Source of the DNA: Eledone cirrhosa
Taxonomy: Eukaryota
DNA: 64,000 bases
Direction of reading: 5' to 3'
NCBI GenBank assembly: GCA_964016885.1
Contig: OZ024743.1
Location: 36,890,001 to 36,954,000, forward strand
Shown: piece by piece, positions 13,464-27,540 of the stretch
How the letters are laid out: each line of letters begins with the position of its first letter
Numbering within the stretch: position 1 is the first letter of the stretch
Translations under genes and position numbers: made by a program
Notes under the pieces: model-generated
What the model saw: the letters and a program-made list of their open reading frames with translations, nothing else
The model's database searches: none
What the model was told of the DNA's origin: nothing

Positions 13464-13983
13464 ATATATATATATGTTATATATCCCTATGATTTGTTTT
13501 TTTTTTATTCCCGCAAAACATTATTTATGATGAATGCCGCATACAGCATAATTGCAGGTGTGTACCTGACCGATGTAGACTAAGGCACCTAGGGGCAATC
13601 AAGACGTCAAAGTGATGCCAGCCGTTCAAGATTACAGCCCCTCTCCCATCACAGTAGTAATTCTGATACATGAAGAAATCTGATTGAAAGATGGAGAATC
13701 AAGAAGTGGGCAACCATGAGTGGCTAGAAATACAGGTGACGTGTACAATTCTTGACCACTCAAGGAATGACAACCACAGGATCTAAATCAACAAACGAAG
13801 AAATTCGATGTTAAAGGACAATAGGAAAATCTGCTTCGTAGAATCGAGACGTATCCGATGACCGCGCGATTTCGAAGTCAAGTTCGATCACCATATCGAT
13901 CGTACCTCGAGCTGGTAGCCCGAGAAACGATTGTAATATGTCCAATAAATTCCTTTCGTCGCAACACTGATTCTCTTTTTTCT

Positions 13984-14027
<44 letters not shown>

Positions 14028-14028
<1 letters not shown>

Positions 14029-14783
14029 TAGCAGCAGTAACCAGCGTTGCCTGGGTAGGTAAAAATATCTGCTTTGATGAAAAGGTGTTGATCTTAGCGA
14101 CTGCTTCTCGATGACTCATCTATGGCCACACACAGGCCATGCGGGGGAGGGTGGTGATGACCTCTATCACTGAGAAACGCAGGTGACTGACCAAGGGGTA
14201 TGCTGGGGGAGGGAGTTTCGAATTTGAACGAAATCGGTTGAAAAATGTGGGAGCTAGAGCCGAAAAGGCAAAAAATCCAAAATGTAAAGCCATTTTAAGA
14301 CGTGAAATGAAATAATCAGATCTAGCGTAGTGTAAAATTTGAACAAAGTTGGTTGATTAATGTAGGTGCTAGAGCCGAAAAAGTGGAAATTTGAGTATAA
14401 AAGTGGTATTTTTGAATATTTAAGCGGCTTCCACGCCGTCCGTGAACAACAAATGCAAAATATAAAGCCATTACAGGATGTGCAATGCTAAATTCTATTT
14501 TGCTTTAAAACTTGAACGAAATCGGTGGCAAAATGTGGGAGTTAGAGCCAAACATCTTATTTTTCGATACCTAAAAAAGGTGACCCCCCCTATCGATTTT
14601 CATCTGCAGAATGACCCCGGAATAAAAAAAAAACGATACGCTGATATATAGAAAACACTCCCCGATGACTAATCTATGAGCCTGTAAAGTTTCATGAAAA
14701 TCGGTCGTAAGATGTAGGCCCCTATAGGTAATACACAGATACACAGACACACACACACATACTTAATTTTATATATGTACAGA
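14028..14783 (-). mobile_element. Non-autonomous Helitron-like element
   Basis: Minus strand starts TCTGTACATATATAAAA and ends in CTAG, inserted between A and T without a TSD. Three internal ~45-bp repeats (TTGAACGAAATCGG..AATGTGGGAG.TAGAGCC). Confidence 0.7.
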
Positions 14784-15295
14784 TATATGGATATGCGCTA
14801 CAATTTATATATATGCTATGTTTAACGCATATCGAAGATCTCTGACTATTTTAGAGTGCAAAGACCTAAACTAATCACTACAACTAAATGGTCCTAATTT
14901 ACACACACCCCTACCTTCGCCCTCAATACAGAAATACTTCCACTGCCCCTGTCTTAGCAATAGCTTTTTTAACTTATTTATTTACCTTATAGGTAAGTCC
15001 AGCACAGAGTCAGGTACTCTGTTCTATATGACCGACCCAAATTGCTAGGCTTGTGTCAAATTTAGAAATCACTTTTTTCTTTAAATCATACTAGCAGAAA
15101 AACCACCCTTCGGGTGGTTTTCTGCTAGCATGTGTAGTGTGTATATTGATATTATACGCAAGTATATATACATGTAGATATGATACATCAAATAAAATCT
15201 TAATTGACAATATACACAGAAATTGAACGAAGACTGTGTTACACTGTCTTATGTAATCAGTAACGTAATCCATGATACATTAAACAAAGACGATA

Positions 15296-15969
15296 TCTTA
15301 ACTATAATAAAGAAAGGAGTGCGGGACTGCATCCGGAATATATTTTTTACCCCGTTTGTAAAATAAGTTGGATTATTTTGAATAAATAATTGTTTCTACT
15401 TTTGGCACAAGGCCAGCAATTATTCCAGCACATTACTGGTACTTTATTTTATCGACCCCGTAAGGATGAAAGGCAAAGTTAACCTCGGCGGGATTTGAAC
15501 TCAGAATGGCAAGGGCCGTAACTCTATGTAACAAAGCATAGCGTCCGACCCTCTACCGATACTTCCAATCCACCTTGAATAAATAATGAATGAATATTAC
15601 ATAACTTATCTACTAAATTTCGTGGCTGTTGGTTAAATATATTTTATAGCTTATTCAAAAATTCACTTCTTTAAAATTGTCAAATGTCAACACTTCCGGT
15701 TAGCGACCGTGATATTATAACACTTATAATCGCATATATTTCCGCCACTAATTTTCTTCTAATGCAGTTTATATATAATATCGTCTTTTTTTTATGTATC
15801 ATGGATTACGTTACTGATTACAGAAGACAGTGTAAGACAGTCTTCGTTCAATTTCTGTGTATATTGTCAATTACGATTTTATTTACATGCATATATATTT
15901 GTGTATAATATCAATATACACACTACCATGCTCGCAGAAAAACCACCCCAAGGGTGGTTTTTCTGCTAG
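15296..15969 (+). mobile_element. Helitron-like copy B nested in copy A
   Basis: 5' TCTTAAACTATAATAAAG; 3' AAACCACCCCAAGGGTGGTTTTTCTGCTAG; A|T insertion site. Confidence 0.8.
15391..15574 (-). mobile_element. Family A SINE with 13-bp TSD, inside Helitron B
   Basis: TTGAATAAATAAT at 15378-15390 and 15575-15587. Confidence 0.88.
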
Positions 15970-15980
15970 TTATATATAAA

Positions 15981-16169
15981 GAGCGGTGGATTGGCAGTAT
16001 CAGTAGAAGGTCGGACGCCATGCTTTGCAGCAAAGAGTTACGGCCTTTTATGGTCCGAGTTCAAATCCCGCCGAGGTTAATTTTGCCTTTCATCCTTACG
16101 GGGTCGATAAAATAAAGTACCAGTAATACACTGGGATAATTGCTGGCCTTGTGCCAAAAGTAGAAACAA
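15981..16169 (+). mobile_element. Family A SINE with 11-bp TSD
   Basis: TTATATATAAA at 15970-15980 and 16170-16180. Confidence 0.88.
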
Positions 16170-16769
16170 TTATATATAAACTGCATTAGGAGAAAATTAG
16201 TGACGGAAATATATGAATATTTATTTAAACGATCGCTAACCGGAAGTGTTGACATTTGAAAATTTTAAAGAAGTGAATCTTTAAATAAATAATAAAATAT
16301 ATTTAATGAACAGCCACGAAATTTAATAGATAAATTATGTAATATTCATTTATTATTTATTCAAAGTAATCCAATTTATTTTACTAAGGGGTTAAAAAAT
16401 GATAAACCGTACGCAGTCCCGCGCTTCTTACTTTATTGTAGTTTAGATTTTACTGAGGCTGATAAAAGACAAAGTCAGTCTCAGTAGGGTAACATGTCAT
16501 GGTTGCTGTGACAACTGTTTAACTCTGAACTAGAAAGGGTTAAAATCATTTCGGCTGTATAAATCTGATAATGCGTGTCTCTGGTTTATCTATTTAAATG
16601 TTAGTTTAGGGCGTATTGGATACACACACACACACACACACACACGTGTGTGTATGCACATATATATATATATATATATACATATGTGAGTATGCGTGTG
16701 CGTGTGCATTTCTACGTACTTTAGTGAGTATGTATATATGGACACACACACGTACACACACGTACACAC

Positions 16770-16910
<141 letters not shown>

Positions 16911-17108
16911 TTATATATATATACTCTTTTGTTCAATCTCGTTGTATTTTTCGTCATTAACTAGGTAGTTGTGAGTTAAAAGGCTAGAGTTCGTAAATTG
17001 ACAGTTATGAGACAAGATTCAAAATGTCTTCTATTACAAATGCATACATGTAAGCGTGCATATGCGTTTGTTTGACAAGGTATATAAATGTTTGTGTACG
17101 TGGTGCGC

Positions 17109-17224
<116 letters not shown>

Positions 17225-17480
17225 GTGCGTGTGTGTGTGTTTGCCTACTCTGTGATCTACCATCTATGTAGAATCCATGTATGAACATACCAGTCTTTTC
17301 GGCTGAAATCTTGTATGTATATATATATTAGTATTGCGTGAAAGATAAGCAACACTAGCGACTCTATGACCTATGCTAGAGCATGCTTTGAAACCTTAGG
17401 CTTCTTACAACATACAATTATTTATAATAATTCATATATACATATATATATATGTATGTGTACAAGCGGGTGTATATATA

Positions 17481-18367
<887 letters not shown>

Positions 18368-18569
18368 ATTTCCGTAGGAAATGTAAAGAGAGTGCTCTAT
18401 GTAGGCTACAGAGCTCTTTAGTTATGTAATAAAAACAACATAAGATAATTAATTCATTTACCAGTGGTTTCTTGAAGACAGATATTTATATCTGTCTTCA
18501 AGAAACCACTGGTAAATGAATTAATTATCTTATGTTGTTTATTACATGACTATATATATATATATATAA

Positions 18570-19070
18570 CGAAGGAAATGTGGTACGGAACCAGATGGAC
18601 CATAACGCACCAAAGTACTCAATACTTAGGGTAGTAGAGTGGGTAATAGGAACGAGTAGGACCCCGACGGCTGAGCTCAAGCCGTTTCGACGGCTAATTC
18701 TGGACTAAATGAAATTTTTTATCCTGGTAAATGAATAGCCAAGCTTCTCAGGGGGTAATATTCCATATATGGTAAAAAGTGATTGTCACAAGGATTGGTC
18801 AAAAGTTTGTTGTTGAGACACATAATTCTATCATGGCATTTTGTCGAAGGAAGGGGTAGCTGAACTTGCCAGTAGAAGAAATAGGGAGAGGGAGTGGAGG
18901 AAACGCAGTCGTGCGTTGAAAGTGACGACAACAGCAGAATCCTAAGGATAAGAGGTCAAGAGGGGGAGGGGGGAGAGGAAGTCGAAACAATATGTAGATC
19001 TATATGGGGTAAATCTATATAGAAAAATAAGAATGTTAAAAATATTAAAAAACACAATTTCTGGTTACTA
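18570..19070 (-). mobile_element. PLE pseudo-LTR fragment related to 4520-4770, with a hammerhead-like fold
   Basis: Shares GTTTCGAC.GCTA.TTCTGGACTAAAT, ATTGGTCAAAA, GCTGAACTTGCC.GTAGAA and GCGTTGAAAGTGA with 4545-4745. Confidence 0.72.
18661..18756 (-). ncRNA. Type I hammerhead-like motif with a 6-bp stem III
   Basis: Reverse complement: ACCCC-CUGAGAAG..GGCUA...UAGCC.UC-GAAACGGCU-UGAGCUC-AGCCGUC^-GGGGU; the CUGANGA box appears to lack one nt. Confidence 0.6.
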
Positions 19071-19539
19071 TTCCCCTACCACAATCATCAAATCTCTCAC
19101 TAGGCTATAGAAAAGTTTAATAGGTGGGGCGGGATACTAAATACGAGATTGTAGTGAAAGAATTTTATGAGTTAGTAGTACTAAATTGTTTCTACTTTTG
19201 GCACAAGGCCAGCAATTACCAAGTGCATTACTGGTACTTTATTTTATCGACCCCGTAAGGATGAAAGGCAAAGTTAACCTCGGCGGGATTTGAACTAAAA
19301 AATAATGAAAGTTAAAACAATATGGAGGAGTGACAAGACTTTCGAACAGCCTTGTAGTTGTTATACAATATATAATGTTATATATCTTACAGGCTGCAAA
19401 TATCATTTGATAACATATCCCTATACATGGATCAGTGTGAGATGATTTACTTTATATTAATGCGTCACAGTTATGATGTGATGTGATAGTCCCGTAACTC
19501 CCGATGGAGTCGTTTAGCGTGCTGTAATGGCATACGGCG

Positions 19540-20181
19540 TGTAGCGAGATAAATGTTATTATTTGATGAGTGTTTGATGAAAAGAATAATGCCATGATTG
19601 TGTTGTTGACAATGTTTATTTTACAATAACAATATGTGACAGAATTTATCGCTACATTGATTTGCTGGCTAGTTACTTCGAGCTAGCGTGCATGCATGTA
19701 TCAATTCGACGTTACAATATGACAGGGAGACGGAGGATAGATGAACTTACTATGTGTGTATGTGTGTGTGCCTATTCTTAGTATACATTATTCGTCTCAA
19801 GGACTGCTACTTCATGTCTGGCTGTCTGGCTGTGTCTGTGGCCGAGAAGGTGAGAACCAGCGAGGCCAGGAGAGAGATAGAGTAAAAAGTCTGCTACATC
19901 GTTAACCTTAACACGGACTGCTTGCTTCGGTCTCTCTGGCTGTTAGATTTTCTAAGTCCTTGTATTTATAATAATGCTATAGCTAGAATGATGTGTATAT
20001 GAGATTGATTTATGATCAGCCATCTGTGTTTCCCCTGTCTACAAGCTGGGGTCACAGGTCAAATGATATGTACGTTTATCATACTAGTTTCTTGACAGGG
20101 CGATCGTGGGAACTTCCCGATAATGGGTGGTCTCGGATGCGAGAAATCTTCGCCGGTAAAACATAGGGGTATTTCGTTATA
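19540..20181 (-). mobile_element. Solo LTR of the same family, opposite orientation, inserted in a SINE
   Basis: Termini TGTAGCG...CGTTATA; 4-bp TSD GGCG at 19536-19539 and 20182-20185; the SINE sequence resumes on both sides. Confidence 0.78.
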
Positions 20182-21124
20182 GGCGTTTCTTGGGCATTTT
20201 AAGGATGGCAGAGCCCATCCATCTCCAGGTCTGAACACAGCAGATTTCTTCCAGAGAAAGATTGAGAGTGAGGCTGAGAAAGGGATATAGAAGAAGAATT
20301 GACCCCAGTACTTGACTGGTACTTTTTTTATCAACCTCGAAAGAATGAAAGACAAAGTTGACCTTGGTGGGATTTGAACTCAGGAAGAACAGAGCCGGAA
20401 CGAACCGCAAAGTATTCTATCCGAGGTAATGGATATTTATAACTGCATTTTGAGATGGATATTATGAATTACTAAATGGTGTTTAATGTCACTTTGGAAA
20501 TAATTTTAGTTATTTCTATTTAGCAATCCAGCTGTCAGTATACTGAAGAAGGGGGGGGGGGGGAGTATTGTTTGTGGTTAGTTATGTATTTTTTGAAATA
20601 TAAGGGGATTGTGTTTATTTCCCGTTTTGGGGAAGGAGTGGTCATCTTTTGTGCGTATGTGTGTGAATGTCATTGTGCCTTTTCATTTCGAAACGAAAAA
20701 CCAACAAAAATACAAAACAAAAACAATTACACAACTCAAAAATAAAAACGCAGGGTGATAATAGAAATGTTCACGCAGTGATATATTTCCTTATCTTGTC
20801 AAATTGTGAATAAGCAGGACACCCCAAGAATAAACACAACTTTTTGACCTACATTTCTGTCGAAAAAGTATACCCTGACCCATACACGACTTTATTATCC
20901 CAGCCAATGGAGAAGTATGTAATTTCTAATGCCTTCGTCTCTCTCTTAAACAATTTATTAAAGGAAAAAATCACACAAAAAAACAAAAGAAATTCTATCA
21001 GGAACCTTTGGTAAGACTACCATATCAGATAATATTAAAGGAAGCTAAGTTAATGTAACCAATAACTGGTTTGATTGGTACACGAAATCACATTACTAAG
21101 GCATCCTTAGAAAATACAAAATAA

Positions 21125-21305
21125 TAATTGTTTCTACTTTTGGCACAAGGCCAGCAAAAACCCAGTGCATTACTGGTACTTTATTTTATCGACCCCGTAA
21201 GGATGAAAGGCAAAGTTAACCTCGGCGGGATTTGAACTCAGACCATAAAGGGCCGTAACTCATTGCTGCAAAGCATGGCGTATGGCCTTCTACTGATACT
21301 GCCAA
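21125..21305 (-). mobile_element. Family A SINE (further copies or fragments at about 8600-8780, 8815-8920, 19184-19296, 22966-23070, 25872-26056, 26740-26850, 28790-28940, 29192-29272, 29982-30180, 32851-33032, 33085-33285, 33755-33974, 40930-41100, 42215-42720, 46002-46188)
   Basis: Each carries the same diagnostic CCTTTCATCCTTACGGGGTCGATAAAATAAAGTACC core. Confidence 0.85.
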
Positions 21306-21559
21306 TAAATAATAATATGTTCGCCTCGCATTCAACGTTGAGGTTTTTATGCAAATGTTCACAACGATCCCCCCGCTAGTAAAGATGCTATAAACATTTG
21401 AATTAACAAACCAATTTTTAGATATTTTTTGCGAAATAATCACAGGGCTTTTTTAGTTAATGTTCAGTTTGAATATGTTTAAAGCGGTGACTGCAAAAAA
21501 AAAAAAAAAAAAGATGTGGGTGGATGTGAGGACATATGACAAGTGTTTTGTGAGAGGTC

Positions 21560-22260
21560 TGACAGGTGAGGAGACAGTATGGGAAGAAAAATAAATAGTG
21601 TATAGTATAAATAGAATAGGCAGAAACAACAGCACATTTGTGAACCAGTAGCTGTGGTATGTTGCTGAGTGAATCACTGACACTCTGGATGCAGTTTAGG
21701 ATGTTTATGTGGATATAGTTGCAGCGCAGTACCCGATATATTAGCAGTACTCCAATGTGAATCATACTTGTGTTATATAGTGGGGCAGCAAGAGATTGTG
21801 AAAGGTTTAGTGTTTAAGTGAGTTTAATTCTCTGGCTGGTCAGGATATTGTGTCCATGAGCCAAACATTTTATTTCACTCCAGTCCATTCAACTGGAAAA
21901 AATGAATTGTGACGATATTGATGTCAAGCTGTATCGCCCTTTGCGGTTCCCTTGGACAATATCGGGGATGTGGTGAGGGTAGGTTGGCACGCATGGGCGA
22001 CTACTAGTCTTCCACAAAACACCCTGCTCAGACTTCTGGCTCGGAGAGGCAAACCCATAGTCAATTAGCCATGGATTTGTAATCCGCAGACCGTCATGAC
22101 CGAAAGAAATTGATTCCAACAAGTGATCAGAGCTGAAAAGTTGTCCGGTCCTAATTAAGTATCCCAGTATTTAGGAAACAGTTTCAGCAAAATCATGTGT
22201 GTAAGGTCATGCAGGCGACGAACACAGATTGTATAGATTAGCATGTGTATAGATGCTCAT
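21560..22260 (-). mobile_element. Degenerate R4/Dong-like RLE LINE fragment
   Basis: HHIPDIV (resembles HNRPDIV) with a downstream DI.S..D-like trace; many frameshifts. Confidence 0.45.
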
Positions 22261-23959
22261 GGTTTCATGTCTGTGTTGTTCGTAACTTATAAGTAAAGCG
22301 GGTGAGATACAAGAAGTTTAGGGTATTCATATTTTCATATATGTATGTTCATATTCAAAATGCTGTGCATAACTCGTTTCGAATATCTCTTGCAGCACCG
22401 TATCTTTGGGGCAAGAAGCAACTAAAAGGCCTAGTACCGTAAAGGACCCCACGTATGAGGATGAAGTTTGTGGTGGGGCCTATAAGATTAATCTTTGCTT
22501 TAACAGGCTAGATGACTACTTTAAACGCTTGTTATTGTTGTTATAACTGGTTTAGAATAGATACAATGTATCCCTGGATCAAGTAAGAAGCGAGTTATTT
22601 AGGTTGACACCAGGAAAGACATCTAGCTATAAAATATTGCCTTAAAAAGGACCCCGTGATAAGTATGAAACCTATCGCGGAGTCCGCAAAACTAATCCTT
22701 TAAAAGGGATAATGGCCTTAAAATGTGTGTTCCTCTAAAACCTTGCCTGAAGAAAACCCCATGATGAGTATAGGGTGTGTCGTGAGGCTCGAAAGTTTAG
22801 CCGGAGAGATGGTCTTAAAACACTTGTTATATGTTCGTATTCAAATATTTCTTTCTTGATTGAATTCCACAGAATAAATACCATAGACATTAGCAAAAGT
22901 AATTCAACAATAAACAGCAATCATATCATAATTCATACATTACCAGTATGTCGTACAATCATTATTTCAGAGTTCAAATCCCACCGAGGTTAACTTTGCC
23001 TTTCATCCTTTCGGGGTCGATAAAATAAAGTGGGTAATTGCTGGCTTGTGCCAAAAGTAGAAACAATTATTTCACAGTCTGGAATACTCTTTCCGTAATA
23101 AACCTATTTTGGTCCTTATATAGTAAACGTGCAGATCAGGTTAGGCTTCTGTCTGCTACAGGTACTATGTAATCCTGTACAACCTGCTTCAAGGTGGAGT
23201 AGTTGAAGACGACTAAACTGACTCCACACTAGACTCTGGTCTAGTGTGGAGAGTAAGTGGAACCCCAGTAGAACAAAAATGAAGAGCTGTTAAAAGGGCA
23301 AATGAACTCCTCAGTGTCAATGGTCATCCAACCCAGCTATGGGCTAAATAGTTTCACCAACCCATAATTGGCCAAGCGTGGTAAGTACGGCTTCCCCCCA
23401 GACATGACCAACACCTAACAAAATGGTGGAGATCAACCAGGGTGGTGGGGAGATCCTCGAACAGGAGTGAGAAGACCTTGGATTGAATTGGATTGTAAAC
23501 TTGTTTTGGTTACAATATATTTCTCATCATTTTTATTTGTCCTATTAACCCAACATTGAATTTGTAAATATTTAATGTGCATTACAGAAATGTAACCTTT
23601 TATCTACTCTACTAATAACTATTATAAGGCAGCGATATTTAAGTTAATTTCAACTTAGAACTTACATTTTAGTTTCTCTATTTTCTAGCTGACATTTTAT
23701 TTTAAAGGAATGAAATAACAGTTAACCTGGCGGAATTGGAAATTGCAGTTTAATACTATTGGAAATTACAGTTTAATGTTATTTCCTTACATGTTACATT
23801 TACATATATTTTATTTCAAGCACGAGTGTCTGCTATTCGAAAGTGTATAATACTTTATTTGCATCAAGCAATTCAGAAAAACAACAACCTGATTTCATTT
23901 TGGAATGATGTTTCTGAAAGTATACTATGTAACATTGCCAGTATCAAATTAAATGTCTC

Positions 23960-24270
23960 AGTGTGACTGTGTCCGTGAAACATATACATATATATCAGGT
24001 CCGAACACAAAGGAACTAAACTCCCACTGTCATTCTCTCTGTCTCTTCCGCTCACCACATCTCTAACTATTATGAGCAAATGGGGACCGACGCGCTGGCC
24101 GCCCCGTGGCCCCGGCGGACAGAATAGAGAAGGCGTTTACCCGGATGATGGCGAGGCAGATGTGCTGGAAGAGTCATTCCAGCTCGTGAGGCTCACACCT
24201 GCGGGTAGCCAACTCTGTGCCGATGGTGGTGAGTAGGGAGGTGGCCCTAGGGCCATGGACACCAGAAGTC
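23960..24270 (-). mobile_element. Short 3' fragment of the same CRE-like family
   Basis: SGVHGPRATSLLTTIGTELATRRCE and the following 3' sequence match 10055-10350 in reverse complement. Confidence 0.8.
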
Positions 24271-24369
24271 TCCATGTATTTTTTATATAAAACAAAAACA
24301 CTTTGCTTCAAAATTTTGTATAAATATGAAAATTTACAAGATTGTCTTTCAGCGCATGTTAAGCAGCAC

Positions 24370-25690
24370 GCCACCACCACCACCACCACCACCACCACCA
24401 CCACCACCACCACCACCACCACCACTATCACTACCACCATCACCACCACTACCACCACTATCACTACCACCATCACCACCACTACCACTACCACCACCAT
24501 CAACACCTCCACCACCAACCATCACCACCACCATCACTACCACCACCACCACCACCATCACCACCACTACCACTACTACCACCATCAACACCTCCACCAC
24601 CACCACAAGCATCACCACCACCACCATAACCACCATCACCACAACCACCACTACAACCACCACCACAATCACCACCACAACCACCACTACCACCTCAACA
24701 ACCTCCACCACCACAACCACCACCTCCACAACCATCACCACCAACAACACCAACACCACAACCACCACCATCACAACCACATTCACTATCACCACCACCA
24801 CCACAACCACTACCACCACCATCACCACCACCACAAGCACCACCACCACCAGAACCACCATCATCACCTCCACCACAACCACTACCACCACCATTACCAC
24901 CACCATCACCATCACCACCACCACCACCATCATCGCCCCACCACCACCACAACCACTACCACCACCATCACCGCCACCACAACCACCACCACCACTATCA
25001 CCACAACCACCATCACCACCACCATCACCACCACCACCACCACCACAACTACTACCACCACCACCACCACCACCACAACCATCGTCACCACCACCATCAC
25101 CACCACCACCACAACCACCATCACCACCACCACCATTATCACCACCACAACCACCATCGCCACCATCACCACCACAACCACATACACTACCACCACCATC
25201 ACCACAACCACCATCACCACCACTACAACCATCACCACCACTACCACCACCACAACTACTACCACCACCACCACCACCACAACTATCATCACCACAACTA
25301 CCACCACCACCACAACCACCATCGCCACCACCACCACCACCACAACTACTACCACCACCACCACCACCACAACTATCATCACCACAACTACCACCACCAC
25401 CACCACCATCACCACCACCACCACAACCACCATCACCACCACCACCATTATCACCACCACACCCACCACCACCACCACAACCACTACCACCACCATCACA
25501 ACCACCACAAACACCACCACCACCACCATCACCATCACCACCACAACCACTACCACCACCATCACCACCACCACCACCACAACCACCATCACCACCACCA
25601 CCGTCACCACCACCACAACCACCACCGCCACCACCACCACCGTCACCATCATTGTTTGGTGGTGGTGGTGGTGGTGGTGGTGGCGGCGGT
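24370..25690. repeat. 1.3-kb compound (CAC/ACC/CAT/AAC)n trinucleotide array ending in an inverted (GGT)n tract
   Basis: Read directly; a ~65-bp higher-order unit is duplicated at about 25246 and 25336. Confidence 0.95.
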
Positions 25691-26910
25691 AGGGTGGATA
25701 TGATGATGATGACAATGACAATGATGAGGAAAAGGATGAGGACGATATAGGAGGAGGAGAAGTAGGGAGACGCGGAGGGAGAGTGGAGGGGGATAACGCT
25801 GCTATTTCATTAAAACTGCCAAGTCACTAACACTTTGTTAGTTAAATTGTCTAAAACCTCATTCTCAGTTATAATTGTTTCTACTTTAGGCACAAGGCCA
25901 GCAAATACCCAGTATATTACTGGTACTTTTTTATTGACCCCGTAAGGATGAAAGGCAAAGTTAACCTCGGCGGGATTTGAACTCAGACTGTAAAGGGACG
26001 TAACTATGCTAGAAAGCATGGCGTCCAACCCTCTACCGATACTGCCAATTCACCGCATTCTCGGTTATAATGATTTCAATTTCATTACAGCACAGTTTTG
26101 TTCCCTTCAAGCCTTAAAATGTGTACCTTTTAGTGAGGGTGGGCGTAGGTATAAAGGGGGTGAAATGGCATAATTATTAGGACGTTAGATAGAATACTTG
26201 CAGCTCTCTGCGCTTTACATTCAAACCTTCTGAAATCAACTTGGTCTTTCATGTTTTTTTAAAGGATTTATCCAGTACTGGGATCGTTTTTTCCACTCTC
26301 TTTCTCTTTCCCTACCTCCATACCTCTCACACACTCCCTTTCTGCCACCCCCTCTCTCTAAGTAATCGTCTGTATTCAGACCTGTAGAGCAATGGATTTC
26401 GCAAGGTTTTAAAAACGCCCAAGACGGACTGTACATCACGATGGTACCCGTACGAATCAATCGGGAGTTTGGGTTATTATATAAAATTATGTTGGAAAAT
26501 TATAATTTTAAATAGAACCCTTTAAAATTGATGGTTTGGTTTTGGAGCAAATATACGCAGGAGAAAATCATAAATGTAAGGAAATCAGAATGTTAAAAGA
26601 AACAGTCTATTAAATAACAAACAAGGAAAACTGTGTACAAATTATAATCCCTTATTTACATTACATATGGTTAACCTAAGATTACTACGTAGAAAAAGTA
26701 ATATATACAATAATTCCACCGATAATTACAATAAAAATAAATTGTTCTACTTTTGGCACAAGGCCAGCAATTATAACAGTGTATTACTGGTACTTTATGT
26801 TATCGACCCCGTAAGGATGAAAGGCAAAGTTAACCTCAGTGAGATTTGAACAATAAAAATAATATAATGCGGCATGTGCGTTTGTTTTAGTGTAAGTACC
26901 CATGAATACA

Positions 26911-27540
26911 AGGCGGCCAATTGGCAGAGTCGTTAGAACGTCGGATAGAATGCTTTGCGGTATTCGTTTCGGCTTTCTACTGTCTGAGTTTAAATATCAC
27001 CGACCAAGCTAGTTGTGTGATAGATTCTTCCTCCATATCTCGTTTTCATTTCCATTCTCTCACTTTCTCTCTACCCTTCTTTTGAAGAAATCTGCTTTAT
27101 TCAAACCTAGAGAGGAGATGCTTTCCGCCAAGTTTTTAAAATGCCCTTAAAATTTGTGTGTCAATGCGGCGCTTCTACAACTCATTCAGGAATTACGGGA
27201 CAAAGAGAAGAGATCAATGAATGCAAGGCAGCTAATTGGCAGAGTCGTTAGAACGTTCGATAGAATGCTCTGCGGTATTCAGTCCGGCTCTCTGCTCTCT
27301 GCGTTCAAATACCACCGAGGTCAACTTTGCCTTTCATCCTTTCGAGGTCGATAAAAAAGTACCAGTCTCGTACTGAAGTTGATTCTTCCTCCATACTACT
27401 TTCTTTCCTTCTCTGAAAGAAATCTGCTGTCTTCAGACCCGGAGAGGGATGGGCTTCGCCAGGCTTAAAATGCCATAGAAACGCCGTATGCCATTATGGC
27501 ATTATGGCGCCCCTACGACTCCATCAAGAGCTACGGGACA
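26911..27540 (+). mobile_element. Two tandem copies of a longer SINE subfamily (A2) with a different 3' tail (others at 7668-7988 and 19488-20425, minus strand)
   Basis: Same head and core as family A, then GAAATCTGCTG..AGAGGGATGGGCT..CCAGGCTTAAAATGCC..ACGCCGTATGCC..CTACGGGAC. Confidence 0.75.

Larger units (their letters stand above)
15091..16447 (-). mobile_element. Helitron-like copy A (interrupted: 3' part 15091-15295, 5' part ~16170-16447)
   Basis: 5' TCTAAACTACAATAAAG; 3' hairpin AACCACCC..GGGTGGTT followed by CTAG; collinear with copy B in reverse complement. Confidence 0.8.

Noticed and set aside
15091-15969. Single transposon with ~200-bp TIRs
   Set aside because: Better explained by one Helitron nested in an oppositely oriented sister copy.
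24217-25750. 491-aa and 474-aa His/Thr/Pro-rich ORFs
   Set aside because: These are translations of a stop-free trinucleotide array; the N-terminus is antisense retrotransposon sequence and no splice context is evident.
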